Shown here piece by piece: positions 29,050 through 39,207 of a DNA stretch of 64,000 nucleotides. How positions within the stretch are numbered: position 1 is the stretch's first letter; the number at the start of each line of letters is the position of its first letter. A program made the translations under genes and the position numbers. The notes beneath the pieces are model-generated. The model did no database searches, was not told the origin of the DNA, and saw only the letters and a list, made by a program, of their open reading frames with translations. Origin of the DNA: an uncultured delta proteobacterium (GTDB taxonomy: Bacteria > Myxococcota > Kuafuiibacteriia > Kuafuiibacteriales > Kuafuiibacteriaceae); the NCBI GenBank assembly GCA_963803435.1, contig CAWDML010000001.1, positions 2,368,001 through 2,432,000 of the forward strand, in the 5' to 3' direction.

Positions 29050-31326
29050 ATCGGCAACCGTCGACACCCCCGATCACCACCAAGCTGCACCCGGCGGCGA
29101 TCGAGCAGGCCCGCAGCCTCCTCTCCTCGATCTTCCTGGGGATGAGGACCGCCCAGACGCACGAGTTCTCGAACCGCGCCTTCGACAACGCGACGCGCAT
29201 CATGTTTCAAGCCGCCAGTCAGCTGTACAGCGCAATCGGTGGCTTCTCGATCCAGTTCGCGGACGCGAGCGCGTTGATCAACGGACAGCGCGTGCAGTTC
29301 GACTCGAGCGCCGAGCAATCACTCGATTCGATCAAGCGAATCCTCGAGTCGGGAGGACTGAGCGGCATCGAGATGCGCAACCCGCCCACCGAGGCGACGA
29401 TGCGCAAGCTGATCCTGCTCTTCTGCCCGAAGGGCGCACGCACGAACGGACGCCCGGCCGTAGAGACGCTCGCGACGGAGGCCGAGGCGCCCAATCCCCG
29501 GACGCGCGCGATCCACGCCTACGCGAAGCTGATCCTGTCGCGGCGCGGCGAGCCCGTCGGGGTCCAGCGCGCGCTGCGGGAGCTGGTCGAGATCGGATCC
29601 GAGCGGCCCGATCTTCTGCTCGAGCTCTCGAGTCGAGGCGAGGAGCGGCAAACCGCCGGCGTCGCGCTGGTGGCGCTGGTCCTGGGCGCTGCTCTCGGCC
29701 TGGGTCGCGACGAGCTCCTGCAGCTCACCTCGGCGGCGCTGATGCCGCACGTCCCTGACGGTCCGGTGGGGCGGAACGCCTACCTCCGGATCGCGGTGAC
29801 AGGAGAGCAGGATGAGCCCTCGATCGAGCCTGCGTCCCACCTCTTCTCGAGGATCGCCGCGGTCGCTCTGCGTTACCAGCAGCTCACCTGCGGCTCGGAC
29901 AGCGGCGGCGATCGGGGAACGAGCCCGATCGAGTCGGTCGCGCGACTCGCCGGCGAAGAGAGCGCTCGGTTCGACCCGCGGATCGTCGATCTGTTGATCA
30001 ACGTCCTCCGGATCTTCCCGCCCGGTACGCAGGTCGTGCTGGACAGCGGCGAGAACGCGACGGTCATCGGCGTCGGCGATCGCTGGGACCGACCCCAGGT
30101 GCGGACCGACGACGAAGATCGCGAGCCGCGCGTCATCGATCTGGCGAGCGAGCTGACGACCTCCGTCGTGGCCACGCGGGCCTTCGTGGGGAGCGCGCTC
30201 CGCATCAACCTCGAGGAGGTGGAGGAGGTCCCGGCGATCTTCGACGAGACGAAGCTGACCGAGCTCGAGGTCGGTCAGATGGGAGAGCTCGAGACCGAGG
30301 ATCGGGAGCCCATCACCGAGGAGCGACCGGCGCCCGACATCATCCCAATCGGGGACCTGGGCGCGATCCCGGTCGAGTTCGGCCCTGAGCCGCTCACCGA
30401 TGCCGATGAGGGGACGGACCCTGCGACCCAGCTCGACCGGCTCGAGATCGCCGAGACCGGACCGATCGAGCCGCTGCTGCCCGCCGGCGAGCCGGAGCCG
30501 CTGACCGAGGACACCGCGATCTCCGAGATCGACGAGCTCAAGGAGCGCCTCGAACGCCGGCGCCGGCGCGAGGCGGAGCGGACCCGCGCGCGCCGGACCA
30601 GCCGCATCGAGCACCTCGCGGAGCAGATCGCCGCATATCGCGCCGAGCGCGAGGAGCTGGTCGACGAGGCCGCCTCGCTCGACAAGGACGCCACCGCCGC
30701 CGAGCGGCTGGCCGAGACGGTCGCCGCCAAGCAGATCGATCTCGAGGTGACGCTCAAGGAGATCCATCCCACGATGACCGAGCTCGCCCACGAGCTCGAC
30801 GAGCTCTGGGCCAAGCGCCAGACTCTCGGTGAGCGCGCGAACGAGCTCGAGCACCGCGCGATCGCCGGACGCGCCGACGCCCGCGACGCCGAGGAGAAGG
30901 CCGACGAGGCCGACCACGAGGCGCAGCAACGCGCCGACCGGATCGCCGAGCTCGAAGCCGAGCTCGAGCAGCTACGCTCGGAGTTCGAGGATCTCGAGCG
31001 CGCCGCCGACACGTTCCGCAACGCCGCCGCCGAGGAGCAGCGGATCGCCGCCGACGCCGAAAAGGCCGCCGAGGCCCTCCGCGACGAGGGCCAGGTCGAC
31101 CTCCCCGAGCTGACCGCCAAGGAGGAGCGCCTCGACGCGATGCGCGACCGCGTCCACCAGCTGGAGGCCGAGAGGCTCGCCCTGGTCCAGAACGCCGAAA
31201 ACGCCAAGGCCATCGCCGAGGAGGCCCGGGACCGCGTGAACCGGGCCCGGGCGCGGATCGCCGAGGCCGACGCCACCCTGGAGGCGCTCGAGGCCGAGCT
31301 CGAGGGGCTCGAATCCTCCCGGCTAG
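29046..31326 (+). CDS. Degenerate HD-GYP-like domain fused to a long acidic coiled coil; 3' end uncertain
   Basis: RFDPRIVDLLINVLRIFPPGTQVVLDSGE...DRPQVR resembles an HD-GYP C-terminus without the HD motif; coiled coil from about 30520 to 31310; likely true stop is TAG 31324-31326 after an indel. Confidence 0.6.
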
Positions 31327-31422
31327 ATCCGTTCGTTGGCTGTTTCGTCGTCCTGTCCGCGTACAAACGCGCACATCGCATCCTGTTGCACGGATGTCCA
31401 AACGGCTTACTTTGTCTCAAGC

Positions 31423-31680
31423 GTGAGCGCGCACCCCGAAGACGCCGACACGGTCGACATCGAGCAGGACACCGAGGACGTCGAGGACGAAGAGGCGCTC
31501 CGCAAGTCGACCGAGCCGACCGAGCCCGACTCGAACCCCAAGCAATCGCCGAGACGGATCCGCATGCCGTCGAAGGTGGAGATCATCCAGGCGGTGGAGT
31601 CGGTGGGCACGGAGTCGATCGAGGTCGACGCGGTGACGCGCGAGGCGGCAAACCTGCCGCAGGTCGACGACGTGGAGTAG
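31423..31680 (+). CDS. Small acidic hypothetical protein
   Basis: GC3-rich ORF from GTG 31423 (SAHPEDADTVDIEQD...). Confidence 0.45.
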   Translation: MSAHPEDADTVDIEQDTEDVEDEEALRKSTEPTEPDSNPKQSPRRIRMPSKVEIIQAVESVGTESIEVDAVTREAANLPQVDDVE

Positions 31681-31685
31681 CTCCG

Positions 31686-32081
31686 CTACCCGTGAAAGAC
31701 GGCCTCGACGTTGTGCCCGTCGGGATCGATCACGAACGCACCGTAATAGTTTGGGTGGTAATGCGGCCGCACGCCCGGCGTCCCGTTGTCCTTCGCCCCT
31801 GCAGCGATCGCCGCCTTGTAGAAGGCATCGACGTCCGCGCGACTCCCAGCGCCGAAGCACACGTGCACCGGCGTGATCACCTGAATCTGCTCCTCCGTCT
31901 GGAACGTGGTCGTCCCCGCGCCGATCCAGAACTCCGGCTTCTTTCCACGACCGTAGCCCGCCGCCGTCCCGTACTCCATGACCAGCTCGATCCCGAGCGG
32001 CGCCAATGCCACCTCGTAGAACGCCTTTGAGCGCGCGTAGTCCGTCACGTTGACACCGATGTGATCGAGGATGTGCTCCAT
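31686..32081 (-). CDS. VOC/glyoxalase family protein
   Basis: LDHIGVNVTDYARSKAFY, HVCFGA, YYGAFVIDPDGHNVEAV; RBS GGAGG. Confidence 0.93.
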   Translation of the reverse strand: MEHILDHIGVNVTDYARSKAFYEVALAPLGIELVMEYGTAAGYGRGKKPEFWIGAGTTTFQTEEQIQVITPVHVCFGAGSRADVDAFYKAAIAAGAKDNGTPGVRPHYHPNYYGAFVIDPDGHNVEAVFHG

Positions 32082-32126
32082 GTGGCCTCCGTCCCATGCA
32101 CGTCGGCCCGATGCCAGCGGAAAGCG

Positions 32127-33692
32127 TCAGAACAACCGTCGTCGGGCAACGTAGTAGACGATGTCGCGGGGAGACACGAGACGCTCGCCCGCGGAAGGAT
32201 TCAGCGTCCCCTTCACCTGCCCAATCGTGACTCTCGCGAAGCCGATCGCAAGGCCGCTCTTGGCCTTGCACAGCTTCTCAACCTCTTCGTAGCGGACGCC
32301 GCCTGCGCCCCAGATCGGCAGCTCTCCGATTCCGACCGAGAAGAGTTGGTTCTCCCCCGCAGAGGAGAAGAGCTCCAGCAAGATATCGCTCGAGCCGGCC
32401 ACCGCCACCGAGTTCGCGATCATTCCTCCGATCACCTCTCCTGAAACGAACACCTCGTTTGCTGTGGCGACCGATTCCCGCAGAGCGCGAGCATTCTCAG
32501 ACTCGAGCATCTGCGTGATCGTGTACAAGGCGTCTTCGTCGTCGCGGCAGTTCTGCTCCCGAGCGATCCTCTCCGCGAGCATGGTGGTCATCAGCGTGCG
32601 TGCATCCACGTCCTCTATAGTCTGATCCCCCCGCTGCTCAGCGAGAACGATCAGACACGGATGCGACCAGGTCCCTTCGCGAAAGATCACTTTCCGTAAC
32701 ACTGAGTCCTTCGTGAAGTCCTCATGTATCACCTTATATCTCTGTTGAATCTCGAGCGGTACGTCATCGGAGCGCGAGATGATGACGACCTTGTCGAGCT
32801 CGACCGCCGTGAACTCACGAATGATGCTTTCCCCCGCCTTATTCCAGCCACAGATGATGACGTGCTGGTCGTAGTCGTCTGACTTCCATCGTTCGGCCTT
32901 CATGTTCACCATCAGCTCCAAAAGTGATGCACCGACGAGACCCGCAGGAACGGCCACGAAGCCAACCCCGAGAATCATCAAGAGCGCCGCGAGGACACGA
33001 CCCAACGCCGTCTTCGGAAGCACGTCGCCGTAGCCAGTTGACGTAATCGTAACCACCGCCCACCAGATCGAGTCTCCGATGCTGCGGAGCCCTTCGTTGC
33101 GGTCCTCCGGCAAAACGCCGACGTGAGGACCTTCGACCTCCCAGAGCAGGTTCGACGCGATGAGCAGAACGACGAAGACCACGAACACCAAGACCAGGAG
33201 CTCGCGACTTCGCTGGCGGAGCACGACGCCCAACGAGTTGAGCGCAGCCGAGTATCGTGACAGCCGAAACAAGCGAAAGATGCGGAACAGCCGAATGATC
33301 CTCACCCATGCCAGACTGAAGTCCACGGCCGGCACGATCGCGCTCACGTAGAAGGGAAGGATCGCGAGGAGATCGATCAGCTGTAGCGGTTGCCGAGCCG
33401 CACGCAGCCGGCAGATCAACCCCTCGCGCCACGTATGCACGATTCGAGGGTTCTGCGACCGCGGCCAATCAGCCGTCCAGATCCTGACCAGGTATTCGAC
33501 GGTAAAGACCGAGATGGCAACCGTCTCGAAGAGTTTGATCGTTCGGTCGCCGAGGTAACTCTTTAACTGGACCTCGAGTGTGGCCACAGCCACCGAACCG
33601 ATGATGAAGATCAGGATCGCCGCATTGACGGCCTTGGCCGTTCTCGACGAACCCTCCAACGCGGAGTACAGGGCGTGCTTCGTCTTGGACAA
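32127..33692 (-). CDS. 6-TM voltage-gated-type potassium channel with RCK/TrkA-N domain
   Basis: S4 RIIRLFRIFRLFRLSRY, pore WWAVVTITSTGYGD, RCK HVIICGWN. Confidence 0.92.
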   Translation of the reverse strand: MSKTKHALYSALEGSSRTAKAVNAAILIFIIGSVAVATLEVQLKSYLGDRTIKLFETVAISVFTVEYLVRIWTADWPRSQNPRIVHTWREGLICRLRAARQPLQLIDLLAILPFYVSAIVPAVDFSLAWVRIIRLFRIFRLFRLSRYSAALNSLGVVLRQRSRELLVLVFVVFVVLLIASNLLWEVEGPHVGVLPEDRNEGLRSIGDSIWWAVVTITSTGYGDVLPKTALGRVLAALLMILGVGFVAVPAGLVGASLLELMVNMKAERWKSDDYDQHVIICGWNKAGESIIREFTAVELDKVVIISRSDDVPLEIQQRYKVIHEDFTKDSVLRKVIFREGTWSHPCLIVLAEQRGDQTIEDVDARTLMTTMLAERIAREQNCRDDEDALYTITQMLESENARALRESVATANEVFVSGEVIGGMIANSVAVAGSSDILLELFSSAGENQLFSVGIGELPIWGAGGVRYEEVEKLCKAKSGLAIGFARVTIGQVKGTLNPSAGERLVSPRDIVYYVARRRLF

Positions 33693-33788
33693 GAGAGTCG
33701 GAATCGCGTGCGAAGACTCGCACAGATCTCTCGATGGTCCAACTGTCCCTTGGTTCAGTGGGAAATCGGCGGCACGCGCGACCCGCCT

Positions 33789-34562
33789 CTACCCCTGAAC
33801 GACCGCCGGCATTCGGTCGCGGCCGAGCGTGGAATTGTCCACCACGATCTGCGCCGAGAACACCAGGTCGTTCGCGATCGGGATCCCGGCGGCGTCGGCG
33901 GCGGAGAGGAGGGTGTTGGCGAGGACGATGTGGGGCCGATGCTCCAGGGAGCCGCGGGTAAACAGGTGGTGGCCCTCGAACTCGGCCTCGTTGTCGAGGA
34001 CGCGGCTGGTCCAGATGTCGAGCTGGGCGCCGTCGATGACCGCGATCGCGCCGCCGCGGACGGCCGCGTTCTCGGCGACGATCGAGGCGGAGAGCTCGGC
34101 CCTGGCCTCGCCGCCGATGTAGAGGGCGCCGCCCTCGTAGGCTCGGTTCTGAACGATCGTGCACTCGTTGATGAACAGCTGTCCGCGATCGATCGCGACG
34201 GCACCACCGCAGCCCGACTTGGCCATGTTGCGCATGATGGTCAGCCCGAGGAGGTGGACCTGGGCACCGTTGTCGATCGAGATGCCCGCGCCGTGGTTCG
34301 AGCGGCCGCCGGTGACGGTGAGCTCCTCGAGGTGGACCTCGCCCTCGGTCGCGTCCACGCAGATCGTCGATCCCTTGCCGGTCCCGTCGATCGTGGTGCG
34401 ATCCGCGCCGGAGCCGCGGATCGTGATCGGCTTGTCGATGACGACGCGGCCGCGGACTCGTCCAGGGCCGAGCTGAAGGATCGAGCCGGGCTTCGCCGCG
34501 TCAATGCGGGCCTGGAGGTCCTCGGCGGTCATGGTCTGGGAGTTGCGCTTCTCGATGGCCAT
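33789..34562 (-). CDS. Right-handed parallel beta-helix repeat protein
   Basis: LQARIDAAKPGSILQLGPG...ITIRGSG and repeated N.A..GGA motifs. Confidence 0.85.
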   Translation of the reverse strand: MAIEKRNSQTMTAEDLQARIDAAKPGSILQLGPGRVRGRVVIDKPITIRGSGADRTTIDGTGKGSTICVDATEGEVHLEELTVTGGRSNHGAGISIDNGAQVHLLGLTIMRNMAKSGCGGAVAIDRGQLFINECTIVQNRAYEGGALYIGGEARAELSASIVAENAAVRGGAIAVIDGAQLDIWTSRVLDNEAEFEGHHLFTRGSLEHRPHIVLANTLLSAADAAGIPIANDLVFSAQIVVDNSTLGRDRMPAVVQG

Positions 34563-34566
34563 GTCA

Positions 34567-35530
34567 TCAACCTCCGCTCACGAACAAGGCCGCGCAGTTG
34601 GCGCGCACGTCGTCGAGCTTGACCTCGTGGATCATGTTCTCGAGGGAGCGGGTACCGCCCTTGGTTCCCCAGGGGTTGTAGACCTTCACCATGCGCTCGC
34701 CCGCCTTCTCGTAGAGGTCGAGCACCGCGTACGAGTGCTCGGGGTGCATCGGCGTGGAGACGCCGCTCTCGCGGGTCGCGAGCACCATGGCACAGCTGTC
34801 GCGTCGGCCCTCGACAATCCGGCTCGCGAGCCGGTCGATGTCAGTGGCCGCGTGAATGCTCATGCGGACGCTCGGCTTGCCTGTGAGCAGCTCGAGCGCG
34901 CGCGACGGGTTCCCGATCTCCAGCGCGCCGTACGAGTTGCCCTCGCGCTTGGCGAACGCCTTCTCGAAGAGCGCCACCCACAGCGTGTCCGTCTGCGCGT
35001 TCGGGATCGGATCGGCGTAGCCCTCCGCAGAGAACTCCGGCGACACCCAGAATCTCGACCTTGCCGAGACGAACACCGAACTCGTCGTCCGCGTTCTTCG
35101 ACTTGTCGCACCGCTTCAGGAGGTGCTGCGGCGACGTGTACGCGACCGCGGCGAGGCTGGAGAGCAGCCACGAGTCGCCGAGGTTGCCCTGGTCGACGTC
35201 GCTGAACGTCGGCGGCACCGTCCGGCCGTTCTTGTCGGTGCGGAACGCGTCGCCCTCGACGTAGCGAACACCGGGGCTGTGCCCCGGCGGGCAGAGGACG
35301 TCGTTGTCCTTCTTGCTGCGACGATCGTCGATGATCTCGACGAGCATCGCGTTGCTGGGGTCGTCCCGGTCGATCCGGTCGGCGCGGGCCTCATCGACCT
35401 GGCCGCCCTTCTTCGACTTCTTCGCCGCGCCGCCGCGGCCGACTCCCGTATATCCCTGTATGATGCCGGTTCGACCGGCATTGACGAGCGAGCTGGCTCC
35501 CGCGCCGCTCGATCCACCATTCCCGAGCAT
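34567..35530 (-). CDS. Calpain-like (peptidase C2) protein with Ser at the catalytic Cys position; frameshift near 35059
   Basis: DVDQGNLGDSWLLSSLAAVA, LWVALFEKAFAK..G.SY..L..G, ALELLTG, HSYAVL, VYNPWG. Confidence 0.85.
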
Positions 35531-35550
35531 GCGCTGGTCCCTCGCACACG

Positions 35551-36200
35551 ATGTACCAGCCGAAATCGCTCGGACGAGTCGCGCCGGACGCCCAAGACCC
35601 ACGGAGAGTGGCAGCTCCTGCAGGTCCCCGTCCGCCCCGACGGCCTCCGCCCTCGCCTACTTGCAGCTCCTGCGCGAAGCCGAACGCGGAGCCTGCATTT
35701 CCCAAGAAATCCGCTGCCTTGAGGAAGAGCCGGGCGAGCGGTTTCGGGGCGGCACGGGCCTTGAACAGACCGCCCGCATGACCGCGGCTGCCATCGGCGA
35801 CCTCAACCAGGCCCTGACCCGATTGCCGATCGAGACCACCACCCCCGACGCGCGTCCGGGCGCCCGGACCGAGGCCCACCTCGGCATCAAGGAGCTCGAC
35901 GCGCTCCGGGCCCTCGACATGGTGGCCCCGCCCGAGGCCGCCGACCTGGCCGAGCCGCTGGTCGAGCTTTACCGGGGAACGCTCACTTCGGGCGACCACC
36001 TCCGACTCGAGAAGCGCACCAACTTCAGCGGGCCCGCCATCCGCGCTGCAGTCGGCCGCATCCTCACCGCCGATGTCACCGCCGTCGCCGGTGGCCAGGA
36101 CTCCGTGATCAAGGAAGCCAAGATGCGCCGCGTGCTCCAGGCGCTCGACGGCGCTGTCGCCGACATCCAGCGCCGCGCTGCTCTCAGCACGAGGGATTGA
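35551..36200 (+). CDS. Hypothetical protein upstream of the T3SS chaperone; frameshift near 35600 or start at ATG 35778
   Basis: GC3-rich ORF ending 1 nt before the chaperone start. Confidence 0.55.
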
Positions 36201-36201
36201 A

Positions 36202-36858
36202 ATGACTACCGCACGTCGTCCCCAGAAATCGAACCCGAAGGTCAAGTCCCACAAGAAGGACACGACCCCCAAGGCGCTCGCCCACCGCCCGATGCAGGCG
36301 CCCGCGAACAAGGCGTACGTGGTCGAAGTCGAGGACCTCGCCCTCGAGGTCAGCGAGATCAACCCGTTCAAGACCGCCTTCTTCAACTCGATCGCGAAGG
36401 TGAAGGCCCTGACCGCCCACGGACAGATGCGCTCGGTCGACGGCAAGAAGCGGACGCTGGCCCAGGCGCGCGGCTATGGCCGTGACGACCTCTTCGCGAT
36501 CGCGGAGATCGGCTACCACTACCTCTTCTCCGGCGGCCTGACGCTGGCGCTCACGATCTTCGAGGGGCTGAACGCGGTCGCGCCGGACGAGGCGTACTTC
36601 GCGCTGGCGCTCGGCCTCACGCACGATCACCTCGACCAGCGGGCCGAGGCCAACAAGTGGTACAAGCTCGCCGCCGAGCTCGATCCCACCGACGGCCGCG
36701 CGGACGTGAACCGCGCCGAGCTGTTCCTCCAGGCGGGCGACAAGGTCTCCGCCAAGAAGCTGCTGTCGCGGGGCGCCCAGAAGGCCCGCAACCGCGGCGA
36801 TCAGCCGCTGGCCCGCAAGGCGATGGCGCTGATCAATCATCTCGAGCGCGCGGCGTAG
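36202..36858 (+). CDS. TPR protein, SycD/LcrH-like type III secretion class II chaperone
   Basis: LAQARGY...LFAIAEIGYHYL..G....ALTIFEGL...P..AYF..ALG pattern; adjacent to sctV. Confidence 0.8.
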   Translation: MTTARRPQKSNPKVKSHKKDTTPKALAHRPMQAPANKAYVVEVEDLALEVSEINPFKTAFFNSIAKVKALTAHGQMRSVDGKKRTLAQARGYGRDDLFAIAEIGYHYLFSGGLTLALTIFEGLNAVAPDEAYFALALGLTHDHLDQRAEANKWYKLAAELDPTDGRADVNRAELFLQAGDKVSAKKLLSRGAQKARNRGDQPLARKAMALINHLERAA

Positions 36859-36884
36859 CCGCCGATCAAAGGGAGGACCAGGTC

Positions 36885-39050
36885 ATGTTGAAAGCACTCG
36901 CCGCTCTTCCGATCGGTGGCCTCGCACGACGCCCCGACATCATCCTCGCGCTGATGGTCTCCGCGATCGTCGCGATGCTGATCGTCCCGCTGCCGTTGTT
37001 CCTGATCGACGGCCTGATCGCGGTGAACATCGCCATCTCTCTGATCGTCCTGCTGGTCGCGCTTTTCGCCGCCAAGGCGCTCGACGTCAGCTCGTTCCCG
37101 ACCCTGCTCCTCATCACGACGCTCTTCCGCCTGGGCCTCAACGTCTCGACGACGAGGAACATCCTCTCCCACGCCGAGGCCGGCGAGGTCGTGACCGCGT
37201 TCGGCAAGTTCGTGGTTCAGGGCGACCTGGTCGTGGGGATGGTGATCTTCATCGTGATCACGCTGGTGCAGTTCCTGGTGATCGCGAAGGGCGCCGAGCG
37301 CGTCGCCGAGGTGGGCGCCCGCTTCACGCTGGACGCGATGCCCGGCAAGCAGATGTCGATCGACGCCGCCTGCCGCTCCGGCTCCATCACCGAGGAGGAG
37401 GCTCAGGACCGCCGCGACGAGCTGACCCGCGCGTCGCAGATGTTCGGCAACATGGACGGCGCGATGAAGTTCGTGAAAGGCGACGCGATCGCCGGCCTGA
37501 TCATCACCGCGATCAACATCGTCGCCGGCATCGTCATCGGCGTGTTCCGCCTCCACATGGACCTGGGCTCCGCGGCTCAGACGTTCTGCATCCTCACCGT
37601 CGGCGACGGCCTGGTGGCCCAGATCTCCGCCCTCCTGATCACGCTGGCTTCGGGCATCCTGGTGACCCGCGTCGAGTCCAAGGACAAGAACGAGAACATC
37701 GGCTTCTCGATGAAGCGCGAGATCCTGGGCAACGCCAAGGTCCTCAACATCGGCGCCGGCCTGATGCTGGTGATGGCGATCGTCCCCGGCCTCCCGGCCA
37801 TCCCGTTCGTCGCCTGCGCGGCCTTCGTCTTCTCCCTGAACGTGTCGAACATGTTCCTCCCCATCCTGATGAAGCGGGCCAAGAAGAACCCCGGCACCAC
37901 CACCATCGCCCGGCAGCTCGCGTTCAAGGAGAAGCTCGACAAGAAGGTCGAGGAGGCGAAGAAGCAGAAGAGCCTGACCGACAAGCTCTCCCCATCGGTG
38001 GTCCCCATCGGCATCGACATCGATCCGAAGCTCTCCGAGTACCTCGACTTCATCGACGAGGAGCAGGACGACGACAACGAGCTGCTCAGCATCTACATCC
38101 CGCAGCTCCGCGACGCGCTCTACCTCGAAACCGGCGTCCGCTTCCCCGGCGTCCGGGTCCGCCCGCAGATGCGCACGCTCCCCGAGTTCACCTTCGTCGT
38201 CCGGATCAACGACGTCCCGGTGCTCCAGGAGCGGATCGCCGCCGGCCACCTCCTGGCCACCGCCTCACCCGAGAAGCTTCAGCGGCTCGCCATCAACGCG
38301 AAGCCGATCCAGCACCCGATCAGCAAGGCCAAGATGTCCCTGATCGAGGAGAGCCAGCGCGAGGTCGTCGAGGCCGCCGGCATCACCGTGTGGAACGCCG
38401 CCGGCATGGTGGCCCTCTACGTCGCGGGGGTGCTCCGCAAGAAGGCCAAGGGCTTCATCGGCCTCCAGGAGGTCAGCGAGCTCATGGAGCGGCTCGAAAA
38501 GGCCTACCCCGCCCTGGTCAAGGAGGTCATCCCGAAGGTCGCCACCATCCCGCAGCTGGTGAACGTCCTCCGACGCCTGGTCGACGAGAACGTCTCCATC
38601 CGCGACCTCAAGACGATCGTCGAAGCGCTCGGCGAGTTCGGCACCATGGACAACGACGGCCTCTACCTCACCGAGAAGGTGCGCTCCTCCCTCTCCGGCC
38701 AGCTCGCCTACGCCTACGCCGGCCTCGAGAACCGCCTCCCTGTCGTGATGCTCGACCCGATCATCGAAGACACCATCTCGAGCGGCATCGTCCGCAGAGC
38801 CCAGGGCCAGACCCTCTCCCTCGAGGCTGAGATTGTCCGCCAGATTGTCCAGACCGTCGCCGCCGCCCTCCAGCCCATGGTGGCCCAGGGCAAGCGCCCG
38901 GTCATCCTCACCAACCCGGAGATCCGCCGCTTCGTCCGCAAGCTCGTCGAGACCGACCTCCCGTCCGTCGCCGTCCTCTCCTACGACGAGCTCCCGCTCG
39001 ACCTCACGATCCAGCCCATGGGCCGCGCCACGCTGCCCGAGGCCGCATAG
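36885..39050 (+). CDS. sctV: Type III secretion export gate SctV (LcrD/FlhA family)
   Basis: FPTLLLITTLFRLGLNVSTTR, KGAERVAEVGARFTLDAMPGKQMSIDA, MDGAMKFVKGDAIAG, ENVSIRDL, VLSYDEL; RBS GGGAGG. Confidence 0.95.
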   Translation: MLKALAALPIGGLARRPDIILALMVSAIVAMLIVPLPLFLIDGLIAVNIAISLIVLLVALFAAKALDVSSFPTLLLITTLFRLGLNVSTTRNILSHAEAGEVVTAFGKFVVQGDLVVGMVIFIVITLVQFLVIAKGAERVAEVGARFTLDAMPGKQMSIDAACRSGSITEEEAQDRRDELTRASQMFGNMDGAMKFVKGDAIAGLIITAINIVAGIVIGVFRLHMDLGSAAQTFCILTVGDGLVAQISALLITLASGILVTRVESKDKNENIGFSMKREILGNAKVLNIGAGLMLVMAIVPGLPAIPFVACAAFVFSLNVSNMFLPILMKRAKKNPGTTTIARQLAFKEKLDKKVEEAKKQKSLTDKLSPSVVPIGIDIDPKLSEYLDFIDEEQDDDNELLSIYIPQLRDALYLETGVRFPGVRVRPQMRTLPEFTFVVRINDVPVLQERIAAGHLLATASPEKLQRLAINAKPIQHPISKAKMSLIEESQREVVEAAGITVWNAAGMVALYVAGVLRKKAKGFIGLQEVSELMERLEKAYPALVKEVIPKVATIPQLVNVLRRLVDENVSIRDLKTIVEALGEFGTMDNDGLYLTEKVRSSLSGQLAYAYAGLENRLPVVMLDPIIEDTISSGIVRRAQGQTLSLEAEIVRQIVQTVAAALQPMVAQGKRPVILTNPEIRRFVRKLVETDLPSVAVLSYDELPLDLTIQPMGRATLPEAA

Positions 39051-39207
39051 GCTTCGGCAGCGCGCCCTCAAAGCGCGGGAGGATGGGGCTCGGGAGGCGG
39101 GCTTGCTCGTTAGTTGGGGATGCCGGGGCTCCGTTGACCGAATCGCTTCGCGTTTTCCTTCGCACCGTGGTCGGCTTCGACTCTCCGCGGGCACTGCGGA
39201 GGAACGT

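Noticed and set aside
28230-32030. 1266-aa ORF
   Set aside because: Its first 272 codons overlap the HEAT gene out of frame and its tail runs antisense through the VOC gene; the plausible coding part is 29046 to about 31326.
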